Assembly: GCA_964019335.1 (NCBI GenBank) | Contig: OZ025740.1 | Location: forward strand, 1 to 64,000 | Length of the DNA stretch: 64,000 nucleotides | Direction: 5' to 3' | Source of the DNA: Diplonema japonicum | Lineage: Eukaryota; Protista; Euglenozoa: Diplonemea | The notes under the pieces: model-generated | What the model was told of the DNA's origin: nothing | Database searches by the model: none | What the model saw: only the letters and a program-made list of their open reading frames with translations | Part shown: one piece after another, positions 10,801 through 19,614 of the stretch | Layout: every line of letters starts with the position of its first letter | Position numbering within the stretch: the first letter of the stretch is position 1 | Translations under genes and position numbers: made by a program

Positions 10801-12410
10801 TCCAGCTCCTTGCACAGCTTCATCGTCGACGCCCTCGAAGCCATGTTGGCCGCGCGCAGGTGCTCCTGGCAGCTCCTCATCCCAAGCCCACCGACTTTTA
10901 CGGACAGTTTCGCCTGCTGCCATTCTTTCGACCCGTTCTCGAACTGCATGCCGCACACCTTCGACATCGTCTTCCGCACCATCTCGTCGAACCTGTGCAT
11001 GACCCCTCCCACATGCGAGTCTGGGACCACTCTCATGTAAAACACCAGTTTGCTGTATGAGCTGCAATACCGGAGAAGTGTGTACCCTGTCTGCCTCCCC
11101 ACCTTGGTCAGCATGTCGAAGTTCTCTTCCAGCGCGTCCAAGCGTTTGTTCAGAAAGGTTTGCGTGTACTCCGGCGATCCTATCGGCGCCCCCAGGAGCA
11201 TGAAGTTCCTCTCTTTGTGGAAATTCTCTTCTGTCAGGCCATCGAAGCCTGTGTCCTCCACTGTCTGGGGGAGGTCGCCACTAACCCATATGAGCTCGCA
11301 CTTCTGGGGTTTCACTTTCAGCCCTATCATTCCGCTCAGCTCACACAAGATGTTGTACGCCTTTCTCACTTCATCCACATTCCCCACAAGGACGCCATCG
11401 TCCAGGTAGAACTGGAGGATGTCCAGGTTGCAGTCTTCACTTATCTTGTTCACCAGGGGTTGGATGGCCAGAGAGAACAGCAGCGGTCCCATCGGGTCCC
11501 CCTGTTGCACCCCTTCCTGGGACTTAATCACCTTTCCGTTGTAGTATAATTGGGAGGGCACCCTGTAGCACCAATCGGCCCACGCATACAGCCCCGACGC
11601 TTGCTCATAGGCCTGTGAGCACAGCTGCCTCCGACAAACACTGTTGAAGGCGTTGGCGTAGTCGATCTTGAGGATCACCTTGTTTTCCTGCTTGTTGCCC
11701 CGTTCCCTGTCCACATACTGCCTGATGGTGTGTATAGCCGCCTCCATTCCAGCAGGGACCGATACCCCCACCTGGCCGCCTTTCTTCAGGTACGAAGAGG
11801 CCACTTCCGGAGCGATCTTCTTCACAAGGGATTTCCCCACCAGCCGACGCAGCACATCCCCAACGGCTATGGGCCGCACGTCCCTGTCGTTCTTCTTGAG
11901 GGCCACAAGGTTCGCCCCTGCCATCAGCGGAGCCACCTCCCTAGGGGCCGTGCCTCTAGCTAATGCGTTGACTGCCCTCGTCACCGACATCAAACAGCCT
12001 TGAGACTCAAAAGCTCCGTCCACCGCGTCCTTGATGTGCTGGGCTCTCAGACCAGTCGGTCCCGCAGCAGTCCCCCTCGGGAAGTCCCTGATTGCGTCCA
12101 GCACTTCTTCTGGCAAGACTTCTACCGCTTCCTTCGTCTTCGCCGGGTTGTCCCATTGGGGGTGTAGTGGCTCTGGATGTTTGCTCTGCAGCGCTCTCCA
12201 GCAATCCTCATTGTCTTCCGCCAGCCCCTGGGCTACAAGCGCCGCGTTTCCTGCCGAGAACCTCCCTTTGCTGCACAGTTCCGTGGCCCTGGCGACCTTA
12301 GAGACCTCGTCGTTCTTAGGTTCCCCCTTCTCACCTGATTCCAGCTTATTCCAGAGGGCCATGTAATTTCCCTTCTCCCACTCCTCCAATCTGGCATCTG
12401 GCCTGGACAC
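7821..12410 (-). CDS. C-terminal half of the copy B polyprotein: RT, CCHC, RLE and a ~690-aa extension; removing a 7-bp duplication joins it to the upstream half (~2802 aa total)
   Basis: RPIAVGDVLRRLVGK, KIDYANAFNSV, GVQQGDPMGPLLF, FYLDDG; CHDPRC..HAQGC, RHDRVK, RPADV, MDVVIVHP, KRQKYE, PFAMETFGGFG. ATCTGGC is duplicated at 12389-12402. Confidence 0.92.
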   Translation of the reverse strand: MSRPDARLEEWEKGNYMALWNKLESGEKGEPKNDEVSKVARATELCSKGRFSAGNAALVAQGLAEDNEDCWRALQSKHPEPLHPQWDNPAKTKEAVEVLPEEVLDAIRDFPRGTAAGPTGLRAQHIKDAVDGAFESQGCLMSVTRAVNALARGTAPREVAPLMAGANLVALKKNDRDVRPIAVGDVLRRLVGKSLVKKIAPEVASSYLKKGGQVGVSVPAGMEAAIHTIRQYVDRERGNKQENKVILKIDYANAFNSVCRRQLCSQAYEQASGLYAWADWCYRVPSQLYYNGKVIKSQEGVQQGDPMGPLLFSLAIQPLVNKISEDCNLDILQFYLDDGVLVGNVDEVRKAYNILCELSGMIGLKVKPQKCELIWVSGDLPQTVEDTGFDGLTEENFHKERNFMLLGAPIGSPEYTQTFLNKRLDALEENFDMLTKVGRQTGYTLLRYCSSYSKLVFYMRVVPDSHVGGVMHRFDEMVRKTMSKVCGMQFENGSKEWQQAKLSVKVGGLGMRSCQEHLRAANMASRASTMKLCKELDPKYEHGLEGGVWGSWLEWFNRTKGGMQITPDMVAKAPHICSQRWLSRVLDEKALEDLLAKADARSRARLMSESMHYAGAWLTATPDFYNQLSDNEFGALIKWWLGAPVYKQGESCHDPRCKTEGMDVWGDHAQGCGNARIARHDRVKETIHRHCQWAGVSATMEKTGLIPGSSQRPADVFFPGGVGGSRPMAMDVVIVHPRNESCVNQAAKTAGYAAAKAEHYKRQKYEAELAKTRVAFVPFAMETFGGFGEAAVYLTKKLSRSIAARAHGDRVSIHRRVVQEVSTAMMRSIAGALLVKGPVQLDPGPPVPDGEEEKKDNEEANNEPNTESNTDLTEDSFGNEKTTEAEESSEREVKGQGGGPPITVAHQLDALLEQTKKDLDARMQQQRKAEPVEGGTQGKAGAGLEAASPGGEDTEMVGTGSSERAGQGGELDPKAQEDGKRQGATDAAVNQTLDQCPKGDTEAQRDSNKGDQSATTATRKMTVSEFCREQAAKRQGGGRTLKPQADDAPEGTKEGGNAPSGGSQSGPDTPRGGIQTPEGDQLMGVGAPEREQQVEVGGDFVQLDPIDVVMGIPIPRAMVPLRARPGDRLLKFIIQFEGRVEIILEEGTDPGRERTEEMLLAKAESLGVPLEVAMAGQIGIAGLGYMMVKQYFASLEGGSDGERRSRIVGCEVQKSETYREFEFPRTVQDFQITYACGCSAVQPVRFKGGVLKGTLETAWRVVKLQTRGCRHHPTPGKEGVVGIAAGAGATKVTLREFLERCDARIRAPVGKVKDLIKVKAWVRDGRKVTLDVYEGRGPCEKETRRTVQDHLRKMGVEEVDLQSAVVTVPGLFEDVSFERYLGLLARKKEEDRERRPEVVATDLPTLEELKWSKKDKKRARARSASTDSDCVEGGYIYLKGTGADGTVVEANICRGELKGMTGPQFKFLAEHRLMEELGSDDLVRDTVKVRNKENWAPVNSAVAWLQLESGRARVGPIPHKKRSKGSLAR

Positions 12411-15400
12411 TCAGCTCCGTCTCCTTGTCCCGCTTCTTCCCTCCCCTCTTCTTCCACAGGCAGGCTTTGGGGAGCATCGCCACCAGCAGCCAAGCCTCCT
12501 CTGTGTTGTCCTTCACCGCTCGGCCCAGAGTGTGCTTAAGGGTAAGCCCCCACAGTCTTTGAAGGCTCGTCGGGATCGACCCCATGGTCGTGACGTTCAT
12601 GGCGGCTATGGTTTCCAGGCTGGGTAACTCGGTCCTCGTCGGGGCCGGCGGGGGGGTCGTGTATTCCCCTTCCCTTCGCACCGCCTTTTTGCACTCGTCG
12701 TGGCACCCCTGACCCTTCCACACACAGCCCCTGCACACCAGGCACCTCTCGAGGTCCAGTCTCCTCAGAACGCTCTCCGGGATCTCATCACTCTCCAGGT
12801 GCCCATCCAGGTGACACTTCCATACCCTTGTCGAGTTGAACGGGGTCGTGCTTTTGCACTTCGACCTAGCGCAGTTCGCCACCGGACAGTACAGGAATTG
12901 CTGGTTCCTTGCCCCCATCTGGTCCAACACCCCTGCCTTCCCGTATCCAGGGATCGCACGGTCTATTATGTCCCACTCCCCGATGTCCTCACCCGGGGCC
13001 TCGGAGGGTTGCTTACCTGCCTTTTGTAGAGCTACCGATTGGGACTCATCAAGGAGCATCATCATCGACTCCTCCTCTCCGACTGCATACTCGTAGTGGT
13101 TGCCGTTGTACGCCAGCACCACCACCTTCTCGTGGTCGGAGTTGTACTCCCCTATCATCAGGACTGGGTTGTTCCCCCCAGCAACCACGAGTATCGTGCG
13201 GCCAAACGCTTGTGCTGCGGCTGCCAGGCACAAGTGGTCTCCCCACGTCGCTGCTGTGCCCATCCCTTCCAAGTACCGGTCCCAACCCTCACTGCAAAAC
13301 GGGGCATAGTGCTCCTCCCGGTGTTTCATCCATTCTACAACCTCGCTCCTGATGTGGGTGTGGTCGCCGTAGGCTTCCCCGAGCGAACCGGCCAGGGCGT
13401 GGAACATGCAGTTCCCGTCCTTCTCCGTCGATCTCCTCGTCAGCTTGAAGCTCTTCATGATCTCGTCCACTGACTTGCCGGCCCTGGGTTGTTTGTCGGG
13501 GTTCCACAGATTCCGCTGCCTGTGTAGTGCACAGTGCGTCTGGTTCGACGAGCACGCCGCAGCACACGTTCCACAGAGGTTCACCTTCATGCTCCTCGCC
13601 TGCTCTTGTTTCACAAAATGATGGTGGACCGCATTGAGGTGTTTAACTAGACAGCTTGCCACACTGGTGCGGAAAGAGCAGTCTTCCATCCGGCATTGAT
13701 GTTTGTCTGATCCTTCTTTTTCCCCCTCCTTCTGCGCCTCCATGTGCTCATCATCCAAATCCATGGGGGGAGGGTCACCACCTCCTTGCAACGCGTCCCC
13801 TGCCAGCGTCAAGTCCGCAAAGGGGTCCAGTTGTTCGGCCTGAAAGAGCTTATCCTCCGTCTCGGCTCGTTCCTTCGCCGCTTGCTTGGCGTCTTCCTTC
13901 TTTTTTCTGCGTCTTGAGCTTCTAGGCGGGCCCAAGTACACCGGCAGGTAGTGACCTCTCGATCCGCGTCTTGTCTTCCTCAGCTTTACCGGTCCGAATC
14001 TCTGGGTCGGGTCAGCACCAGCTTTCCACACCATCACTTCCGACATGGCCCAGAGCGACATCAGCCCCCCTATCCAAACTGAAGTGCTTCCCACCAGAGT
14101 GCCCCCTACTGCTAGCCAAGCGAGCTCCCCGGCGGACCATTCATCCCCTCGGGGCCCCACCTGTACCCTTGACCTGCGGGTGGTCCTCCTGTCGCTCCCC
14201 GGCCTCTTCCACAACACTGCCGCATGCAGGAAGGAGGGGGCCATCCCGATGCCCGCCCCCAGCACCTGCCTCACCCCTGGGATCAGCAAGAGGGAGACCA
14301 GGGCGACCCAGGCCCACACCCCCAGGTGCTCCCATCTCACCCCTTCCTTGCTGTGTCCCGTCCGTCTGCGGTGCCTCCTTGTGCCGGTTGCAGCCCCAGG
14401 TGCCGGGATTCTGGGTGCCAGGGGTTGGGCTCCAGGCGTTCCCACCTCGGTCCGCTTCAGCCCCATTGCAGGGTCATCTGGCTTCTGTTCCAGGGCGGCC
14501 TCGTGTTCCTCTCTGCGGGCCCTCCTCCTCCCTTCTTTCCTCGCACGACGGTGCCTTTTCTTCTCCTGTCTGGCAGCCTCCCTCGCCCCCTCCCTCGCCT
14601 TGGTCCTCTTCTCCCGACGCCTCTGAAGGGCCGTTTCGCTCCTGTGCCTCCTCCTGTTCTTCTTCCGCTTGGGCGCTGGCTTAGGTTCCCTGCCACCCAT
14701 GGCAATCCAGGGGGCTCTTTTCTGTCTTCTCACAAGGGTGTGCAGTGGTGCTCTCACGTCGCTCGCAGCCTCCGCCCCAACCACACCTAGGCGGGCGGTG
14801 GGGGTGGGTGCTGGGTCCCCCTGGTTGTTTGAAAAGAAAAAAGGTTCCTCCTTGTTTGTTTTTTTTTTTTCTTTCCCTTCCACCCTCAAAAAAAGCCCCC
14901 GGCCCTTGGGGACCAGGGTGTACACCTCCGTAGAGGGTCCAGAAAAAATGGGGGGCAGAGAGGGAGGGGCACTACCTTCTCTCGGGCGTGCTGTCTCTCC
15001 CTCTGCCTTTTTTTCCTCCGAAGAGGGTCTGTTTTTTACCTCCGTGGAGGGTTCCTCTGGAGAGGGCTCTAAAAATGAAAAAGGGGGGGACAAATGGGGG
15101 GGAGGAGCACCACCCTCTCTCGGGAGTGCCACCTCTTCCCCTTTCTCTCTATTTTCCTCCGAAGAGGGTCTGTTTTCCTCCGAAGAGGGTTCTAAAAAAA
15201 AAGGGGGGGCGGGTGGGGCACTATCCTCTCTTGGGAGTGCCACCCCCCCTTGCCCACAAAAAAGGGGATCTAAAAAAGGGGGTTCGTCTGTTAACCCAGG
15301 GGATGGGTCTTCCTGGGGTGTGCGGGTGAGCTTGGGGCCTACCGCACGCAGGGTGATCGACACCCTGACACCAGTGGACATCCCGGACGGGATGTGGTGC

Positions 15401-16236
15401 GTCCACTGGTGTCTCGCTTCACCTTCCAACAATGCCCATGAGAAGGGGGGCACCAGGTATTTCGCCACCCTGTCCCCCCTCCTCATGACCATTGTGGTCT
15501 CGGCTCCGTACGAGAGGACTAGGACAATCGGTCCCAGCCTCGCGTCGTCCTTGTGGGCGGCAATCCCACAACCAGACTTGTACTTGTTGACAAGTACCTG
15601 GTTGGGGACCACCTCGAGCCCTGCGGCGGCGGCCACCTCCCTCACCCACCCCTCCGCCCCCCCTGGGATCCCCGTGGTGGGGCGCACCTTGGCGTTCGTC
15701 CCCTCCCACCGGTACCCGTATTGGAGGGTCTCCCTCCCTGAGTTCCCAGACAGGGCCTCCCACTTTCCTGAAAGCAGGGCTTTCGGGAAGGCAGGGGCCG
15801 GGCCCGTCCTCAACCCGGGAGGGTGTTCACCATACACCAGTACCCACCCCTTTTTTTCTCCCTCTTTTCTTCCCTCTTCAACAATAGCAGGGTCGGCTGC
15901 AGGGGTCGTGGTCGCGGCGGTCGTGGCTGCGGCAGGGGCGGCTGCGGCGGTCTCAGTTGCGGCGATCAGGGCGGCAGGGTCGGCTGCGGCGTTCAGGGTG
16001 GCTGGGGCGGCCGTGGTTGTAGCAGCGGCGGTCAAAACCGCGGTCTCTGCTAGTGATTTTTTTATTTTATTATTTTTTTTTTCTAAAGGGGGGTGGGGGG
16101 ATCTAGGGGGTGGGGATTCATACTGCCCAACCAGATTGCCTGGTTGGGTGGGTCTCGGCGCGTGCTGCGGGCTGCGGGCTTGCTCCTGCGGGCTGTGGCT
16201 GCGGTCACCTCCTCCTGCGAGTCGTCTTGGATCCAT
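12346..16236 (-). CDS. N-terminal half of the copy B polyprotein: AlkB, hydrophobic segments, C2H2 ZnF, OTU protease, second ZnF
   Basis: VLVNKY..GIAAHKDD..WTHHIP..RVSITLR (AlkB); CRMEDC..HLNAVH; DGNCMFHALA..WGDHLCLAAAA..YNGNHY (OTU); CPVANC..HLDGH. Confidence 0.88.
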   Translation of the reverse strand: MDPRRLAGGGDRSHSPQEQARSPQHAPRPTQPGNLVGQYESPPPRSPHPPLEKKNNKIKKSLAETAVLTAAATTTAAPATLNAAADPAALIAATETAAAAPAAATTAATTTPAADPAIVEEGRKEGEKKGWVLVYGEHPPGLRTGPAPAFPKALLSGKWEALSGNSGRETLQYGYRWEGTNAKVRPTTGIPGGAEGWVREVAAAAGLEVVPNQVLVNKYKSGCGIAAHKDDARLGPIVLVLSYGAETTMVMRRGDRVAKYLVPPFSWALLEGEARHQWTHHIPSGMSTGVRVSITLRAVGPKLTRTPQEDPSPGLTDEPPFLDPLFCGQGGVALPREDSAPPAPPFFLEPSSEENRPSSEENREKGEEVALPREGGAPPPHLSPPFSFLEPSPEEPSTEVKNRPSSEEKKAEGETARPREGSAPPSLPPIFSGPSTEVYTLVPKGRGLFLRVEGKEKKKTNKEEPFFFSNNQGDPAPTPTARLGVVGAEAASDVRAPLHTLVRRQKRAPWIAMGGREPKPAPKRKKNRRRHRSETALQRRREKRTKAREGAREAARQEKKRHRRARKEGRRRARREEHEAALEQKPDDPAMGLKRTEVGTPGAQPLAPRIPAPGAATGTRRHRRRTGHSKEGVRWEHLGVWAWVALVSLLLIPGVRQVLGAGIGMAPSFLHAAVLWKRPGSDRRTTRRSRVQVGPRGDEWSAGELAWLAVGGTLVGSTSVWIGGLMSLWAMSEVMVWKAGADPTQRFGPVKLRKTRRGSRGHYLPVYLGPPRSSRRRKKKEDAKQAAKERAETEDKLFQAEQLDPFADLTLAGDALQGGGDPPPMDLDDEHMEAQKEGEKEGSDKHQCRMEDCSFRTSVASCLVKHLNAVHHHFVKQEQARSMKVNLCGTCAAACSSNQTHCALHRQRNLWNPDKQPRAGKSVDEIMKSFKLTRRSTEKDGNCMFHALAGSLGEAYGDHTHIRSEVVEWMKHREEHYAPFCSEGWDRYLEGMGTAATWGDHLCLAAAAQAFGRTILVVAGGNNPVLMIGEYNSDHEKVVVLAYNGNHYEYAVGEEESMMMLLDESQSVALQKAGKQPSEAPGEDIGEWDIIDRAIPGYGKAGVLDQMGARNQQFLYCPVANCARSKCKSTTPFNSTRVWKCHLDGHLESDEIPESVLRRLDLERCLVCRGCVWKGQGCHDECKKAVRREGEYTTPPPAPTRTELPSLETIAAMNVTTMGSIPTSLQRLWGLTLKHTLGRAVKDNTEEAWLLVAMLPKACLWKKRGGKKRDKETELSVQARCQIGGVGEGKLHGPLE

Positions 16237-16306
16237 TTTTTTTTTTTTTTTGTTTTATAGTGTGTGATGGGGGGGAGGGGATCCTTTCGTTGAGCGGCGG
16301 GCAGGC

Positions 16307-16343
16307 CAATAAAGTACAGAAACTGTAGCTTTAGAATCGTTGG
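16307..16343 (-). other. Spliced-leader exon copy (nt 3-39) at the 5' end of copy B
   Basis: CCAACGATTCTAAAGCTACAGTTTCTGTACTTTATTG, identical to SL nt 3-39 at 7050-7014. Confidence 0.92.
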
Positions 16344-16350
16344 CGGGTTT

Positions 16351-16814
16351 GCCCACCGACTTTTACGGACAGTTTCGCCTGCTGCCATTCTTTCGACCCG
16401 TTCTCGAACTGCATGCCGCACACCTTCGACATCGTCTTCCGCACCATCTCGTCGAACCTGTGCATGACCCCTCCCACATGCGAGTCTGGGACCACTCTCA
16501 TGTAAAACACCAGTTTGCTGTATGAGCTGCAATACCGGAGAAGTGTGTACCCTGTCTGCCTCCCCACCTTGGTCAGCATGTCGAAGTTCTCTTCCAGCGC
16601 GTCCAAGCGTTTGTTCAGAAAGGCTTGCGTGTACTCCGGCGATCCTATCGGCGCCCCCAGGAGCATGAAGTTCCTCTCTTTGTGGAAATTCTCTTCTGTC
16701 AGGCCATCGAAGCCTGTGTCCTCCACTGTCTGGGGGAGGTCGCCACTAACCCATATGAGCTCGCACTTCTGGGGTTTCACTTTCGGCCCTATCGTTCCGC
16801 TCAGCTCACACAAG
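16351..16814 (-). repeat. 464-bp duplicate of copy B's internal RT region (10886-11349), located immediately upstream of the SL
   Basis: Direct comparison shows near identity, with about 3 substitutions seen. Confidence 0.93.
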
Positions 16815-18757
16815 CACGAAATTCTTTTTTTTTTTTTTTTTTTCCGATTTTAAAAAACCAAGTGATTGCTTTATTTCTCGTGGGTTTGCGGGTTTACCAG
16901 TTAAGCCCTGCTGCTCCAAAAAAGAGAGTAAGTGGGAGGAAGGTTCTATGAGGTTCTGTACTCAGGGTCGTCGTCGTTGCCTGACGTTGCAAAAAGCAGC
17001 GAAAGCAGGAGCATCGCCGCTAGTGGGTAAGCTCCTTCGCAATCTCAATCATGGCTTCCATTATTTGTCCCCCCAACGTACACCACCTTCATTTCATGCT
17101 TGCACTGAAAAGTTAAATGCTTGTTTGTTTTTCCATCTTCCGCTCCTGTGCATCTGATGTCCTCATCTTGCAGTGTCTCTTTTTATTTTCCCATGCACTT
17201 TCTCCCCCTTTTGTTTTTGAGGTTTTTGTGTATTGTAGCAATAATATAAAGAAGAAAAAAAACATGAAAAGAAGGGGCAAAAAAACAGAGAGGGGGGACG
17301 AAGAAAGAAAAGATGCATGTCCCCTCCCCCCCGTCCGTTATCTTTTTTTCCCTTTTCTTTTCTCTTCTGTGCTGGAGAATATTCAAAAAAAAAAAAAAGA
17401 GAACGGTCTCAAAACGAAAAAAAAAACCCTTTTTTCTTGCTCCCTCAGGGTTTAAAAAAAAAAATAACATAAAAGGAACAGAAAGAGCAGATGATGGAGG
17501 AAAAGGGTTGGGAAGCCCATCTTTGGATGGCTTTCAAGTTTCTTCTCTTCCTTTCCGTGCTCAAAGCAAAAAAAAATGGGAGAATAAAAAAAACAATATA
17601 ATTCAAAGATTTCAGTGAAAAGGGGTGCGGGTTTATAAAGAAATTCTACTAATCGGCTTGTTTGTCGCGGGTGGCGTCTGGCGGAGAACCATGAAATGAA
17701 ATGCAGCGTTGTGCTAGGGGGGGTGGTTAAGACCCCCCTATCGACACCTGCGACATGCCCGTAGGTAGATAGGTGGGGGGAGAGGGGTTGGCAGAGTACA
17801 TCCGTTTCGTATCTAAGAATCAGTATTGGATTATGGTGCAAAACCTATTCACACATAAACCTTGGAAAACAAGGCCAGAACTGGGCACACACCGCCCTAA
17901 CTTTGGTATCAGCAGGGCAGCACTTAGTTTATATTTTTCATATTTTCCGCGCAGGACCCCGGCTGCAAGAAGTGGCCGGGCCGTATTGCATTGAAAGCCC
18001 TTAAAAGATTTTTTTTCAAATCGTCTCTACAGGTTAAATAATAATGCCTAAAAATCTGAATCGGGATGCACTCTATGCCTAGAGGGGTGAAGAAAACAAG
18101 AAGAAGAAAAAAAAGGAAGCAGATAGACAGACTTTTAAAAATAAAATTAATTGTACTAGTGACGCAAAAAAAAAAGAAAAAAAAAACGCACAAAAAAAAT
18201 CAGTTCCAGTACTTTTTTTTCATTTTATGCCGCTTATATGTACCGTATAAAGGCCCGAAATTGGCAACAGAAATTCGAAGGTACATAATAAGCCCAAATC
18301 CGGTAAGTAAGAAGAAAAATTAAAAAATATTTGCCCCACATCTCTAAAACCCGTCGGGTCGAAAAAATCATCCCAAGACGACTTCCGGAGATTTGTAAAG
18401 GTTTTCGGGCCTTACACTCGTGGAAAGATAGCCAGCTCCCTGACATGTGAAGGCTGTGAGCTTGGAGATATGAGGCGTCAATAGTTCTACAAAAAGAAAA
18501 AAAGAAAAAAAAGGGAGTCAGCTTGTTGTTTGTTCAAGCCGGCTGAACTACTCTTCTAGAAAAAAAAACAATAGTTTGTTACCAAGCAAAAAAAAAAAAA
18601 AAAGAAAAGAAAAAAAAAAGCGATTCACTATGATGGGGATGGGGGAGAAAAAGTGCTAGGAAACCCACCATGAAATAAGGACCCCACCATAGGATATATA
18701 AAGGGATCATTTTTGGTCACCACCCATTGCTGAGGGGATGCGTTCTTTTTTTTTTTC

Positions 18758-19475
18758 TTTTATTTCACTCAGAAATTACTTCACGCACTGGGGGGCCATT
18801 ACTTGCTAAATCTCATTACTTCACGGTGAAATAATGGCCTGTTTTCCGTGAAGTAATAGGGGGTTTCCGTTAAATAATATGCCTCGGTAGGCCAATTTTT
18901 GCCTCGGTTCGGTTCCCAGTGGGGCTACTTTTTCCTCTCAGTTTGCTATTTCCCCCCAGGTTCAGCTCAATTGGCCAACTTTTGCCTCGGCTCAGTTCCA
19001 AGTTGGACTACTTTTTCCTCCCAATTTGCCCACTTTTGGCTAGGCCTTGTTCCCAGTTTATGTGGGTAACTCTTCTGTGGGTAAGGGTAACTTAGTCAGC
19101 TTACCCAAGCACCCCAAAAGACTTCAAAATACCGAAGCAGCAGAAAAAAAGGAGCCAGCGGCCGCGCTAGGTATGGGAAGGCCTGATTAGAGATGGTGAC
19201 AGTGGCAATGCCAGCGACAGCGGCAGCTCTTAGTCAACAAAAGGAGGAAAAACAACTTGTATTGTAACCTTTGTAACCCCTCTCTTGTTGTACCCCTTGT
19301 CACCCTGTTGTGCCCCTCGTGGTGAAGTAATTTCAGAGTGTCGTGAAATAAAACCACTTACCTACCGCCAAGAAATGCTTTACCGACCTCTCGGTTCCGC
19401 ATTTTACCATCTCGGGCCCTGCGGGCCCTCGACGGTAAAATGCGGAACCTCGAGGTAACGGTAAAGTCATTACTT
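18758..19475. mobile_element. Non-autonomous DNA element with subterminal inverted repeats and a ~100-bp terminal hairpin (Helentron/HINE- or MITE-like)
   Basis: CACTCAGAAATTACTTCAC (18766) pairs with GTGAAGTAATTTCAGAGTG (19322-19340). Internal 12-bp IR ATTACTTCACGG/CCGTGAAGTAAT; hairpin GGTTCCGCATTTTACC..GGGCCC TGC GGGCCC..GGTAAAATGCGGAACC; related shorter copy at ~43920-44075. Confidence 0.55.
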
Positions 19476-19614
19476 GTTGGCAGTAAATAGCTATTTTTTC
19501 TTTTCCTATCTTGTTTACCCCCCCCCCCCCCCTATCGCCAACCGCTCTCTTTCAGACTGGCGGGCGATCAAACTAACTACTAAACTCACTTTCTGTCCCC
19601 CCGTCGGGGTGCCT

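Larger units (their letters stand above)
7765..16343 (-). mobile_element. CRE/SLACS-like RLE non-LTR retrotransposon, copy B (full length, one frameshift; exact 3' end uncertain)
   Basis: SL nt 3-39 at 16343-16307, ATG 16236, stop 7821; same domain order as copy A but clearly diverged in sequence. Confidence 0.92.

Noticed and set aside
12346-12410. Programmed ribosomal frameshift between the two ORFs of copy B
   Set aside because: Explained by a 7-bp duplication; copy A is continuous across the same region.
243-16267. Many long plus-strand ORFs
   Set aside because: They are antisense shadows of the GC-rich minus-strand polyproteins and carry no motifs.
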